Shown in pieces: positions 1-13,892 of a stretch of DNA of 64,000 nt. How positions within the stretch are numbered: the first letter of the stretch is position 1; each line of letters opens with the position of its first letter. The notes beneath the pieces are model-generated. The model was not told where the DNA came from and did no database searches. It was given only the letters and a program-made list of their open reading frames with translations. The position numbers were made by a program, and so were the translations under genes. This DNA comes from Utricularia gibba (Eukaryota > Plantae > Magnoliophyta), in NCBI GenBank assembly GCA_002189035.1, contig NEEC01000004.1, positions 5,332,001 through 5,396,000 of the forward strand, in the 5' to 3' direction.

Positions 1-274
1 CATTAAATTTGCATCCAGAAAGGCTGTCTGTTTTAAACTGTCCATCAAAACTGAGTTCTTCCTTCACTTTCCCACAAGATTTCGGCTAAACATAAAAATG
101 CCAGCATTATATTTCGAAACCCTGAACAAAGTATCATCCATTTGGACTACGAGCAACAATAGAATCTAAGTCAGGAAACCTATTTCGAACAGAATGCCAC
201 ACAAGTGAAACAAATAAGAAAAAATCTGAATGTTGCATACTTTTTGCCATGAATAAAAGGTTTTGTGTATATCT

Positions 275-869
275 CTAAAAAAGTGTTGGTCTTAATTCAC
301 AGAGCTGGCTAAGATACATTATGAACTGCAGGCGTGACAGAAGCCTCACCAGAAGACTTTTCAATCTGTCTTTCAGCACCACATGATCAAGTTCATCGAC
401 AGAATCAGCCTTAGAGCATGGTTCACAGCCAGGTCCCTGGCTTGTGGAGGCACATGAACTGCCCAAACACTGAGCTGACGAACTTCTGAAATGGTTGTCA
501 TCATACTCAATCTTCACCGAAAGAAGATTTTTACCTGAGATTTTGTCATTTGTAAAACCAGTATCATTCGAATCAGCATTCTCCGAATCAGCAGCCTTAC
601 CTAGATTGTTATGGTCCCCAGTTAAGCCTGCGTCTTATGAAGAACAAACAAGATTTTATTTTAATGACCCATTGCTTACCAGGATCCCTCTTCGCCTGCA
701 GCATCATCTCAACACCTATTTCCCATGCGAATCAGTGACCCACGGCAGCGAATGAATGCAAACCCCAAATTTTATGGCCTCATTGACGGATGCAACTTCA
801 CTCGTTGGCAAAGCTTGCAATTGGATTTCAGACAACAATAATTCCTCAGCATTCCCGACTAACGGCATA
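275..869 (-). CDS. N-terminal exons of an uncharacterised plant protein; the gene continues past the left window edge
   Basis: Minus-strand ATG near 869 (MPLVGNAEELLLSEIQ...). GT/AG-bounded exons lead into the frame ...GKNLLSVKIEYDDN...DELDHVVLKDRLKSLL. No family recognised and exon boundaries are tentative. Confidence 0.5.
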
Positions 870-1677
870 CCTCAAAACCCCAATCTCCGTTTTCGCAGTC
901 GTTCCCGCGGTAAAATGGGGCTGATTTAGGTAACCTTTTTACAAATGGCGCAGGGCGGGGTCGAAATTTCACGATTACGGGCCCAAACCGTTACTGGGGC
1001 AGGTTTGTTAAAACATGGGTTTGCCATACGTGTAATTCGTTGTTACTTTGAATTTTCCTTGACTTTTTTTGACCGTTGGATACAGCTGTTCTTACCGACA
1101 AGGCCAAGGATCCTTGTCGCCCACAAATCTACTCTACCACTGAATCAACCTGCAAGTGTTTTTGTGGATACTAAAGTTTGTCCTTGAACATTATTTACAG
1201 TTGATTGTCCGCAATTCCATATTAGAGATTCTTTAATGAATATCTCTATTGCACGTTCAAGCTCCTAAGCTCATCCCTGTAAGAACGCCATGAGTTTCAC
1301 ACGTTTTTTTTTACTTCAAGTCCTACTCCGGAACTACCTGTGAACTAACACAAGAGAAGAGTGAACCGCCATGGGCAACGGCTACAAAGAATTGATGTTT
1401 CACTTGTGTTTGAAGCTGTAGCAGTAAATGCAGTAAAAAAGGGATAAATGGCGGTTTTTCTAGCCGTTGTTGGTAAATAATAATTCTCTGACAAGGAGTT
1501 TGTGATAGATGCACTCAACCATTTTCCTCATTTTTCTGTTCTTTAAGTGCCCTACTGTCCTCAGGCCCCCCTCCTCCCTCAAGAATATTTCTTCCCTTTT
1601 TGCTTATTCTCCTGTCTTCTTCTATTCTTCAAAGTTTATCTTTTTGCTGCATTTGTGTTTCTGGGTTGAATCAAGAA

Positions 1678-3425
1678 ATGGTCTTTCTGCTCTTTTACTT
1701 GCTTTTCATTGTCCCTTTTGCTTCAGCTGAAGAAGGTAGTTTAAACAGCTAGAAAGTAGAAAGGGGGTCTTAGTTGCACCTTAATCTGCGGTTAGTGACT
1801 TGCCTTTTTGACTAATCTTTTCATGATTTTCTTGCAGAGGCATTCATTGGAGTGAACATAGGAACTGATCTCTCGGACATGCCTCACCCAACTCAGGTAG
1901 TTGCTTTGCTGAGAGCCCAACAAATACGCCATGTGAGGCTCTACAATGCTGACAGAGGAATGCTTGCTGCTCTTGCCAACACTGGAATCAAAGTTACCAT
2001 CACGCTTCCCAATGAAGAACTTGTAGGAATTGGACAATCTAATTCCACTGCAGCGAATTGGGTTTCACAGAATGTGGTTGCTCATTACCCTGCAACTAAT
2101 ATCACAGCAATCTGTGTTGGCTCTGAGGTTCTATCATCCCTTCCCAATGCTGCGCCTGTTTTAGTTGACGCCCTGAGGTTTATACATTCTGCGTTGGTTG
2201 CTTCAAATCTTGAAACCCACATCAAAGTTTCAACTCCTCTTGCTTCTTCCATTATTCTGGACTCTTTCCCACCTTCTCAAGCTTTTTTCAATCGTTCATG
2301 GAACCCTGTTATAGTCCCATTGCTCAAGTTTTTGCAGTCCACTGATTCCTACTTGATGCTTAATGTGTATCCTTACCTTGAATACATCCAATCAAATGGT
2401 GTAATTCCATTGGATTATGCACTTTTCAAGCCTCTTCCTTCAAATAAAGAAGCTGTCGATGCTAACACACTTCTCCATTATACAAACGTCTTTGATGCTA
2501 TGGTTGATGCTGCTTACTCTGCAATGGCTGATCTGAACTTCACAAATGTTCCTGTTTTGATTACTGAATCCGGCTGGCCGTCCAAAGGGATTTGAATGAA
2601 CCAGATGCCAACCCCGACAATGCTGATACTTACAACAGCAATTTGATCAGGCATGTGCTTAATAAAACAGGAACTCCTAAACATCCTGGAGTTGGAATCA
2701 GTGCTTTCATTTATGAGCTCTACAACGAGGACATGAAACCAGGGCCAGCGTCTGAGAAAAACTGGGGCTTGTTCAATTCAAATGGAGTTCCAGTTTACGT
2801 TCTCCGACTCTCTGATTCTGGATCTGTGCTGGCAAACGACACGGTGAACCAAACTTACTGTGCAGCAAGAGAAGGTGCAGATGAAAGAATGCTGCAGGCT
2901 GCTTTAGATTGGGCTTGTGGTCCTGGAAAGGTAGATTGTTCACCACTGTTGCAGGGACAAGCTTGCTATCAACCAGATACGGTGTTTGCACATGCTACAT
3001 ATGCATTTGATGTGTATTATCATCAAATGGGAAGGGCTCCCGGAAGCTGTGATTTCAATGGAGCTGCTGCAATAACCACCACCAACCCAAGTAATCATTC
3101 ATCAAACACTGAAATTCTTAAATTTGGACTAACCCTGCTTCCAGCAATCTAACAACACTTACATATACTTGGAATTTCAGGTCATGGTTCTTGCCTCTTC
3201 CTTGAAAGGTAAAAGAAATCAAAAATTGTGTGTGATTTCTGAAAAGGAGATCGTATGGCTACTAATGCTTTTGTTGGTTGATGCAGCAATTACAAAAATG
3301 GTTCACTTCTGAATGCAACGATTCCAGTTTCCGATTCAAGAAGCTCAGATTCAGACCGGAAGTTCAAGTTCTCCACTGCATATATTGTGATTGCTGCTGC
3401 TCTGTTGCAGATAGCTCAAATGTGA
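1678..3425 (+). CDS. Glucan endo-1,3-beta-glucosidase (GH17 + X8/CBM43, probably GPI-anchored), with one apparent -1 frameshift at 2587-2589
   Basis: Signal-peptide exon 1678-1735 (MVFLLFYLLFIVPFASAEE). Exon from 1838 gives IGVNIG, VGSEV and TESGWPS. X8 motif WACGPGKVDC...CDFNG. Small exons 3181-3208 and about 3289-3425 end in a hydrophobic tail. Confidence 0.92.
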
Positions 3426-3858
3426 GACAAGTTGTGGTACAAAAATTTTAGTGTCACCGAATCAGGCCTTTTGGAAGTCAGTTCCTGGAAGATGCTGATT
3501 TGCTCGAGAGAAGACAGTACTCGAGTCTTGAGATCGTAGTACCACTGTTGGTGTCATGGAACGAGAGTTATGAACTCTAATTTCGTATTTTTTCACTAGT
3601 TCAATATCTCCTAGTTCAACCATTCGTAGGGGAATGCTAACAGATATAATGTAAGAAGAGTTCATAACATCTCATGAAAGAACAAAAGCTCAAAACTAAT
3701 GAATAAGCAATGCCAAGCTGAGTTATGGGGATAGGGAGTGGTAATTTATTGAAAATGTACTCTGGCTTAACAGCATCCACAATTAACCATTCCCCCCACA
3801 TGAATTTGGAGTCTAAAATAAACAACAAGATAAGGCAAAGAAATGGCATCACCCCTGA

Positions 3859-4839
3859 TCACCCCAAGCTTGATCGAGTAACTTCATATGCGAGGAAGCA
3901 AGCAGCATTAGCTGGCACACTGCGTGCCATTGCAGGGCCGAATCCCTTGTATAGCCCTTTGACCCCCTCAGCTTTCAAGGTCTTCCGGAAAGCATCAATG
4001 GATCCTGAGAACTTGGGGTTCTTGTAGTCATCCACCTGTACCACGCTCTTGACCACATCAGTAGGATAAACACCAAGCCAGAATGCAGCCCCTGCCAAGC
4101 CTCCAGCCAACATCAATGATCCTCTTCCTAATTTAGATGTGTCTTGGCCTCCAGCAAGATACTGTTTCAAGGCTTCATAGACACCAAACATGGCAGCGTT
4201 ACCCGGTACTTCACGAGCCAACGTTGGGCCCAGTCCTTTGAAAAGTCCCCTTGCTCCACCCTCTGATTGAAGAACATGCTTTGCCACGTCAAGGGGACCT
4301 GCATACTTCACTGCAACGCTGCCATTTCCGGCAACCGTTGCTAGTACACTTTGTGCCTGCAGTCTGCGTGTTATGGATTTTATAATCCTCCTCCAACTAG
4401 TAAATTTTCAAAATTTTTATGTACAAAGCTGTTTAATTTTTACATACCTGCATTTGATGAGCTCAGTGGGGCAAGCCAAAAAAGAAACAGCAACACCAGC
4501 ACCGGCACCACAAATGACCTGCTGTTGAACAGAGAGAGAAGCACCAGGTTCAGTCCTCAACAATGATTCCATTTGGCCACGGACAGTGAACAGAACGGCA
4601 TTGAAGGCTGCAACGGTAGCAAGCGGCGCGCCCATACCCTTGAACAAGCCCCTTGGACCTTCTGCAGCTACCGTTTGTTTTAAAGCATCAATGGCACCAG
4701 CATATTTTGGGGCCTGACCTGGAGGAGGAACCGGCTGGCTTTGGAGCTTAACCTTGATGGTGTCAAAGGGGTGACCACATATCAGTTGCGCTGAACCTCC
4801 AACGGTTCCAGCGATAAGATCTTTGGCTACGTCGCCCAT
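3859..4839 (-). CDS. BOU: Mitochondrial carrier, A BOUT DE SOUFFLE type (carnitine/acylcarnitine carrier-like)
   Basis: MGDVAKDLIAGTVGG start. Three carrier signature motifs (PFDTIK, PTELIK, PTDVVK). Two coding exons ending ...AYEVTRSSLG*. Confidence 0.95.
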
Positions 4840-6014
4840 CTAGACTAAAGAATATTCATTATAAGGAGAAGAAATAGAAAAGAATCACAAAATTTTAAAT
4901 TTATTATTCTACTTCCCTCGGATTCAGAGAAGGCAACTGAAGGAATTTCAAAAAATAAAAAATGTCCTTTACACCAGATTCAGGGCACTGATCAAGTGAA
5001 ACTATGATGCAGTGTGAAAATACACAATGCTTATGATGCATGGTCAACTCCAGTAGACACATAGATCTGGGCCATTTACAAGATCCCAAGTATATAAAAG
5101 AAAAGTTTCACTTGAGACAATCACAGTTGATTTCATTGACTATATAAAATTCACGGAAACACTAAAAACCAGTTCTTGCACGAACCCAACATTCAAAGAA
5201 GAATAAAACATCAATGCGAAGAAGCTATTCCCACAGCCAAACGAAAACATCAACAGCTTAGAGAGCGTGTCATATAAATGATCTCAAACCTCAGCTGGCT
5301 TGCCGCCAACCGTCAATAGAATGAACCAAATGGATTCACAAGAGATTCCCAGATGCCTAAAAGATGGGATTCCAAGAAATCACAGCCACCCAGATACAGT
5401 AATGCCAAACAGGACAAAAAGTATTGAGAATTTAAAGTTCAGTTGGGGGCAACGCAGACCAGAAGAAGCGGGCAAGGCAAGTGCGGCTGGCGTTCTTCGG
5501 TCAACCTCAGCCTCTCGCCCGGGCCCCGGAGTTGGTATACAATTCACTCCCCCTCCAATAAGTCTGCAGAATCAATGGAATTTCGTAAAAGGGGATCTCC
5601 GATTCCCCACAGATCCCTTTTTCCCTAAAAGGGCTGGAAAATAAAATTCATCCTTTTTTATTTGGTTTAATTTCGTAATTGCCATAAACAAAAATGTATC
5701 CATTTTGGGTTTTCTCTATGTATCTCTATAGGTTGGGATTTGGGCCATATGGGCTTCCAAAATGATCTGGGCCTTCACAGTCCTGAATCAGTATACGCCC
5801 AACCCAATGCATTATTTGGGCTGGAAAGTGTTTTGGGCCGCACTTGATCCTGATATTAATCTTATTCTTAACTGAGCTGGCGCCTTGCAAAATTGTAGCT
5901 TGCATCGCCGGAGAGAGAGGTGTGTACTGTGTCTGTAACTAATCGGAATCTGATCCCATTAACAATCGCCGGCGAGGAACGCGTACGCCGGGAGTTCCCC
6001 TGCGCCGTCGTCGG

Positions 6015-8127
6015 ATGTCGGCGGTGAAGCAAAATCATCCGCTTAACCTGGGCGCCATCTGCAGTCTACGGGGCTCTCTTGCTTCTCTGGCCATTGTGAC
6101 GTTGATAACTTTGTCTGTCTTCTCAATTAATTCACTACGCGTTGCTTTCCCGCGACCGGCGTCACTCTCCGCTCAGCCCGCCGGTGCAACTGGGGAAACC
6201 TCGACTTTTAAGGTACTATCGATTAGCCTAAGGTTTCTGGTTGTGCTCTCATGCTCAGATCACTAGAATGGTGTTCTGATCTTGAAGGAACGTGTTACTT
6301 CCTGTCCGGATTATGTGAAAGAAACTATTGTTTTGGATGGCGCAAACGATGAGAAAGATGCGGAGGATGATGTTTATCATACCCCCAATGTGTTTAGGCT
6401 TAACTACAAGGAAATGGAGAAGAGATTCAAGGTGTATATTTACCCCGATGGGGATCCTAATACCTATTACCAGACGCCGAGGAAGCTGACTGGTAAATAT
6501 GCGAGTGAAGGATACTTTTTCCAGAATATAAGAGAGAGTGGCTTTGTGACTGATGATCCAGATCGCGCGGATTTATTCTTCATTCCTATATCCAGTCATA
6601 AAATGCGGGGCAAGGTATACGATGTTTCTGCATAATCCTTTCATGCACTTCATTTAAGATTAAAAAGGGGATTGGATTGTGATGGAGCCCAAAAAAGGTT
6701 TCCATAGTGGCAAGATTTGATGTTTTTTTTTTCCCATAAACTCGCAGGGAATTTCATACGAAAACATGACCATAATTGTGAAAGACTATGTTGAGGGCCT
6801 GATGGAGAAGTACCCATATTGGAATAGAACTCTTGGTGCAGATCATTTCTTTGTTACCTGTCATGATGTGGGTGTCAGGGCAACGGAAGGACTTCCTAAT
6901 CTTGTGAAGAATTCAATTCGTGTTGTTTGCTCACCAAGTTATGATGTCGGATTTATACCGCATAAAGATGTTGCTCTCCCTCAAGTTCTTCAGCCATTTG
7001 CTCTTCCATCTGGAGGAAATGATGTGGAGAATAGGTACCTTTTATTCTTCTAAGACCTTCAATCTTTATTGGGATGTTCATGTTTAAAAAAAGTATTGAG
7101 TGGAATTGCCAAGTTTTAGATTTGGTTGTTGGATTCCTTTTCAGTAACTAAGGTGGTTTTTCCATCCCCTGAGTTATTTTTAGTTCCATTTCACCATTAC
7201 AAAGTGTTTTTTACTGATGGCTCTCTTTAGCTAACCAGCAACAGCATCGCCTTTTCATGGTATAATGACACATTTTCCCATTAGTCGTATAGTGATACTT
7301 GAGTTTTGGCAGGACAACCCTGGGGTTTTGGGCGGGGCACAGGAACTCCAGAATTAGGGTTATACTGGCTCGTGTATGGGAGAATGACACAGAGTTATAC
7401 GTTTTGAACAACCGGATTAGCAGGGCCGAGGGATCTCTACTTTATCAAAAGAGATTTTACATTACTAAGTACTGCATTTGCCCTGGTGGCTCACAGGTCA
7501 ACAGCGCTCGCATAACAGATTCCATACATTATGGATGCGTACCTGGTAAAGTTCGTTTTGGTTAGAAATTTATTGTTACTTCTCCACTGCCATTTTCTGT
7601 ATTCATACCTTTTTTTTCTGTCCTTGGCTGAAGCTGTCTATGATCCGTTTCTTGAGCTCTCCCCCTCTCTTTTTTCTCTTGCAGTTATACTTTCTGACTA
7701 CTATGACCTGCCTTTCAATGACATTTTGAATTGGCACAAATTCGCGGTTGTACTGAGGGAGAAGGACGTCTATCAGCTGAAGCAAATCCTAAAGAACATA
7801 ACACAAGAACAGTTTGTTTCGCTACACAACAATTTGGTTAAGGTACTAGTTTTCTCTCTGCTATTCAACAATGCTGTGGTAGTACTGCCTTTGAACTGAT
7901 AAAAAACACACACCAAGTCCTCTGTTCGTTATAAACCCGACATGGCCGTAGCAATATACAACAGCAATCTACTTGTGATCCAGTTCTTTTGGAATGATCT
8001 TTTTTTCTTCTGGTTCTTGTTCAAGGTTCAGAAGCACTTTCAATGGAATTCACCTCCAGTGAAACATGACGCTTTCCATATGGTCATGTACGAACTTTGG
8101 CTGCGCCATCATGTGATCACGTACTGA
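6015..8127 (+). CDS. Exostosin-family glycosyltransferase (GT47)
   Basis: N-terminal TM anchor, then KVYIYPDGDPNTYYQTPRKLTGKYASEGYFFQNI, DHFFVTCHDVG, FCICPGGSQVNSARI-like and SDYYDLPFNDIL motifs. Ends MYELWLRHHVITY*. Multiple GT-AG introns. Confidence 0.93.
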
Positions 8128-8494
8128 TTCACCTTCTTTATTTGGGTAGATGTTTAATAGGAAAAAGGGGTGATTTCATTATTTGTTATAGCTTACATTT
8201 GTTCCTAGCTACCTTTACCACTCCTCAACTCTGGTATCTATCTAGGATTCTGAACTCTGCTTGTATCTATCTATGGTTTCGGTGACTTGGTAAGATGTCC
8301 ATACCGGTGTCAATGCACAGTTAGCAAGAAATTTGAATTCAGCAATCAAAGGTTCCGATTCAGGTGAAGACTGCTTCAAATAGAAGAACCCAGAAGATGA
8401 TCAATCAAAGAAGATGTGTTAAGGGATTTACAGATAGTGGCACACAGGGCAGGCACGCACCAAACAATTGCCACCAGCAGCGGTAAAGCTTCTG

Positions 8495-8827
8495 TCATAC
8501 GTAATTTCCTTGAAAGAAAATAGCGATTGCTTCTTTGGTGGCGAAGCAGGGTACGAAGACGAGTGGAGGTGAAGCAGGTATTCTTGCTGTTCTCTGTATC
8601 GACGCCGGAAGTAGGTTTCGACTTTCGAGGATCTCCTTAACGCGCACGAACTTGTTCATCTCTTCCAGACGACGCCTCATCTCGGCTTCCGTCGCCTGGC
8701 TTGCTTCAGACGCGCCTCGGTTTTCGGCCAATCGATCTCGCAGATTCTGCATCACTGTGTCTCGATTCCTCCGATCAGATTCCGACGGTATCGTCTTGCG
8801 GCGGCGATCGCTCTTGCCGCAGCACAT
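8495..8827 (-). pseudogene. SKIP34: SKIP34-like small coiled-coil gene with three frame disruptions
   Basis: MCCG...LRDRLAE[TEARLKQARRR]EAEMRRRLEEMNKFVRVKEILE[TYFRRRYREQQEYL]. The bracketed parts, which match my recollection of the SKIP34 family, lie in shifted frames. Confidence 0.7.
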
Positions 8828-9096
8828 GGCTTCGGTTGCACCGTGTGCTTCATCTTCATAATATTTGTGCGCGGGTAGCGCTTGCTCTGAAAGTGGGAGG
8901 AGAGGTAAGTTAAAAAAATGCACATCTGGGCCGATATATAAAATGGGCTGGGATTAGCTCATATTAATTGGGCCGTAATGAGAGTAGATTTCTTTTTCCA
9001 GGCCATTGTTGTAAAGCAACAACGGAGACTTTCTACTCAGGCTTTCTTCTCTCTAGTGCTCTCCTTCCCGGGCTTGCTTCAGGCAACATACAGATT

Positions 9097-12000
9097 ATGG
9101 GGAAAAAGGGAATGGACAAAGGTGCATTACCATGCAGAAGGATAGCATTCTTGACCATGTCTGCTGTAGTGATCCAAGTTGTAGGTCTTTCCCTTTTCGT
9201 TATGGGATTTTTCCCTGTAAAACCAACTCTCTCTGGCATGAGGTGTGATCTCTTTCGCCTTATCTTGTTCTGAAACTGCTTCTGGGAAGAAAAGTATTTT
9301 AATTTTGGTATTCTGTGCTTTATTTTGTTCGCCTCATTTTTTCTGAATAGTTTCTTCTTTCCCGGTGGCAGTGGGTTGGAGAGTTTCTTTCCACCGGGAT
9401 CCAATGTAGTGGATTTGGTTCAAAACGTTTCTTTATTATCTCCTAAAGAGCTGAGATCTCTATATAAGGTGACTTTTATGTTGAATGTCAGTATAGCTAA
9501 TATCATTTCATTCTCTGATGGTCGTTACCAACTTTCTTTTATTGGTCTAAGTGGGGTTCTTCAAAGACACGTTTAATCTCGTACACTGAATTTTCTCTAA
9601 ATGTAGGAACTTTCGGGCATTCCTTCACGCTTCGATAGACTGATTATAATGGTATTAAATTTCAGCTGATTATGTAGTTTTTTTTTCTCTTGCGTTTGTT
9701 GCTAATATATCTTTGCTATTGTATTTTTTTTGTGGAATAGGTAGTCGATGGTTTGCCAGCTGAATTCGTGCTAGGAAAGGACGGGAAGCCTCCAACCAGA
9801 TTTTATATGGATTCTTTGCCGTTTACACATTCATTGCTGTCTGAAGGGTTTGCAGTTGGATACCATGCTAAGGCTGCACCTCCAACAGTGACAATGCCAC
9901 GCATAAAGGTGTCTGATGTGCATCATTTTTTTATTATTATTCGACCTTAAACTTAGGTTACACTCTTAGGAACCTCGAATATGTCGATGACTGAGAACAG
10001 GCTATGGTTTCTGGGGCTATTGGTGGATTCCTTGATGTTGCCACCAACTTTAATACGCAGTCCTTCCTAGATGATAATCTTATTGGTTAGTTTCATTTTT
10101 TAAATTGATCGCTTATGATTAGTTTATTGATTATTTTCTATTTTGAGAAAATGATAACTTACTGAATCATCCACATATAATCTACAGCACAATTTTTCAA
10201 AATTGGCTGGAAAATGGTGATGCTTGGCGATGATACATGGCTTAAGCTGTTTCCGAATATGTTCTATAGGCATGATGGTGTGAGCAGTTTCTTTGTGAGT
10301 TGATCCAGAAACTTGGGTCCATTGCTGTGGATCATTCATATTTTATGTCAGCATTGAAGTTTTTTGATGTTCTTTTATTTCTGATTTTTTTGTAACAAAA
10401 TATCTCGCAAGGAGGTCATGGAAGGAATAATTTGTAGAACTGCTGTGTGTCCTTACTACAGGTTAAAGACACTGTTCAAGTGGATTATAATGTTTCTAGA
10501 CATCTGGCAGACGAGCTTCATAATAATGACTGGGATCTTCTGGTGAGGGCCATTAAGTTATAAGGATTTATTTGAATAAATAATGATGTTCGATTTGTAA
10601 GAGTTATGACCACCCGATACTTCAATGATTTGGGATTTTTTTAACTGATTTCAGATACTCCATTATCTTGGACTGGATCATGTTGGACATATTGATGGAC
10701 GCAGTAGGTAACTATTTCAGTTTCCCTTTGTGCTAATGTGGTGTATGATTTTATGTTGTCATGTTTGTATTATCACAGTAGCATGATGGGGCCGAAACTG
10801 AAAGAGATGGATGAAGTGATTAAGAGGATTCACTTGGACATCACATCATGTGAAGCAGTTAATCGAAGACAGACACTTCTGGTTAGTCATTTTTATTCCA
10901 TCCTCTAGTACCATAGCATGACATTTTCGTTGTCTTTTTCTGCTTGGTGATATGATGATAACATTTCTTGTCTGCATAACCATTCAAATCAGCTGATTTT
11001 AAGTGACCATGGCATGACTGAAAGTGGCAACCATGGGGGTTCCTCATATGAGGAAACTGATTCTCTGGCTCTTTTTGTTAGCGGAGAAAAATTTAGTGAT
11101 GCCCAAGTTCGGAAAGAAACTTACCAGGTACTTTGATTTCGATCTTCTATCATGAATTGTAATTCAAAACCACACACCTCTTTCCAGATGTCATGGTCTA
11201 TACATTTTTAGCTTTGATATTGTTGCTGCTTCGGATGCTTTTATACTTGAAATGCATGTGTGCGCTTCCCTTTCATAACTGAATATGCATTCTTCTTTGT
11301 TTCATCTGGAGTAAATGTCCCAATTTGAGAGAATCTGACGTCTCATTTTATTTTCATCTGACAAGCGCTCTTTTATTGCTTTGATATGCATGCGCCTGGC
11401 TCACTGCTTTGGAATCTTATCAACATTGTCAGGTTGATATTGCCCCAACACTGGCCCTTCTTTTTGGTGTGCCAATTCCCAAGAACAATGTAGGGAGTGT
11501 AATGACAGAAGTCTTTGAATCTGCACAAGGTATCTCTTCATTTTTCAAACTATGTTACTAACAAAAGTTGCAGGATTTTATACTTCGTCACCTCAATTCA
11601 CATCCATGATTTTCCTTTCTCTTTTCCACACTGACGTGTGTTTTTTTTCTGCCCTCTTTACCATTGCTTTCCTAGGCACAGCAGATGAAGTTAGGCTGAG
11701 GATACTAGAGCTTAATTCATGGCAGCTTTTGAGCCTAGTTCTATCTCATTTCGGTCAGTTGGAGTGTGGAAGACTCTCTTGTAAGTTTGGGAGCAGTAAA
11801 AATGATGGTGCTGAAAACTTTTGCTGTCTATATTTAGCAGCCACCAAACTTCATCAATCCTTGAAATCAAGAAATTTTACGAGGTGATTCTAATAGTTTT
11901 AGGGACTTTAAATTTTCAGAACACCCAAATAATGTCATAGCTCCTTAACAGCTTCTTTGTGTTCTTTCGATTATTTTACTTCCAGAGATGAGTATAGAAG

Positions 12001-13892
12001 TGTAGAATTGGCGTACAGAGATTTTCTTATGACTTCAAGCAAGTGGTTGTCAAGCAGATCAACGGATGTATGCTTAACTCTGAATTCAAAAATCTAAAAA
12101 TCATCAGACCCCTATTTCTTCAATTACACTCATCCTTTATATGTGATTTTTCAGAAACCTATTGGTCTGCTTGCATTGGGAATAACTTCAATGCTCGTCT
12201 CTTGTGGGTTATTTTTTAAACTTCTATTGCTTCTTGAGCAAGAAAATAGTTTTGGAAGACATCGGAAGCTTTCTTCTGTTGATCAAATCATACGCAGATG
12301 GCATTTGGATGAGGTTTTTGCTGCCGGAGTGGTTGTTATCCTCGTTGTAAGTATGGGTTCAAGTTCGATGATTGAAGAAGAGCAGTACATTTGGCATTAC
12401 ATGACATCATCTTTGTATTTGATATTTCTCAAAACAATGAATTTCACCAAAGGAAGCAATGAGTCGAAATCAGCTTCCAGGCAGAAAAAAACTACATTGC
12501 GTAGCGTGCTTTATATTATTGCTGTTCTCATATCTGGCAGGCTTCTGAGAGGTTGGCATCAAGGTGGTGTCAATTGGTCTTATCTACCAGATATCTCAAA
12601 ACTGCTGTCAGAAGCTGGATCTGTTCATGTCAAATCCCTGCATTTAGTTTCACTCTTTATTGTCCTTCTCTGTTCTGCACATTTATATGCATTAAGACTG
12701 AAGATACCCGGAGCTCTGTTGATGATGCTGATTCATGTATTTCCTTCTATTATGGTTGTGATACAAATCTGGAGAAGCAGAGAAGAGGGCATATTCATAT
12801 CATCAGTTGCTGATGCTACTTCAATGGTGCAAGTGATTTATGCTCTTCTAGGGATTTCTACAGTGGGGATCCTTGTTTCAACACCATGGTTACTGCCTCT
12901 TCGTAATCCTCGACTTTCACAAAATGACTTAAAATCCTCTGAAGTTCTAAGAGAAACTGGACATGAATTTCCGCAGAGAAGCTTCATAGATTCTGTACAT
13001 ATAATTGGATGTTCCTACATTTTTTCCTGGAGCCTACTACAAATAGTGGTGCAACAGCCCATAAATTCCATGCCAGCTTCTTTAATTGTTTTGCAACTCC
13101 TGGCTACTGCCTACTATTTTTCTCAGGGTGGTGGGTTACATATCAAGCAATGGATCAAGGTCAGTCGCTTGAAACACATCAGGCTTACACTTTGTGTTAC
13201 ACCAATGCCCTCTACAGATTTATTCTTTTTTCAATCTCTTAGGTTGCTGCATTTTACTATTTGGGAATGGCTGGCCACTTTGCTCTTGGCAATACCAACA
13301 CTCTTGCTACTATTGATGTTGCTGGTGCATTCATTGTATGCTTCATTATAGTTTCCTTACACATTGTTCTCCTGTTCTTTCCCAATATCTGTTTCATTTC
13401 AGTGATCATTTGCAGGGCGTCTCAAGCCACTCAACTGTCATTTCTGGTATCCTGATGTTCTGTATAACATATGCCTCCCCAATGCTCTCTCTTCTTAGCA
13501 TGCTTATGGTTGTTCCAATCAATAACTCGAGGATCATCAACGCCAATGTTGATCTAGAACTCCTCAAGTCAAGCCTTGCCTACCCATGTCTAGTTCCACT
13601 CGGAATCAATTCCATTCTCCTCCTCGCGTACACAATCGTGCTGCTGGCCATGAGAAACCATTTGTTTGTTTGGAGCGTCTTCTCTCCAAAGTAAGCCACA
13701 GTTCCCTTATTATCTAACATGTTTCTTCCAAAGTTCTGTAAACAGGGATGATTATGTTTCTTTCTGCAAACCAGGTATCTGTACATCTGTGCAACTACAG
13801 CCTGTGTTTATCTCGGCACATCAGCTGTTGCATTTGCCACGACTTACAGTTACATTGTACTCTGCATACGAAGATACCGTGCCTGCCGTTAG
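9097..13892 (+). CDS. PIGG: GPI ethanolamine phosphate transferase 2 (PIG-G/GPI7)
   Basis: GFFPVKP N-terminus. Alkaline-phosphatase-like motifs DGLPAEF, PPTVTMPRIK, GDDTW, HYLGLDHVGH and SDHGMTESGNHGGSSYEETDS. Multi-TM C-terminus with MRNHLFVWSVFSPKYLY. About 14 exons. Confidence 0.92.
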
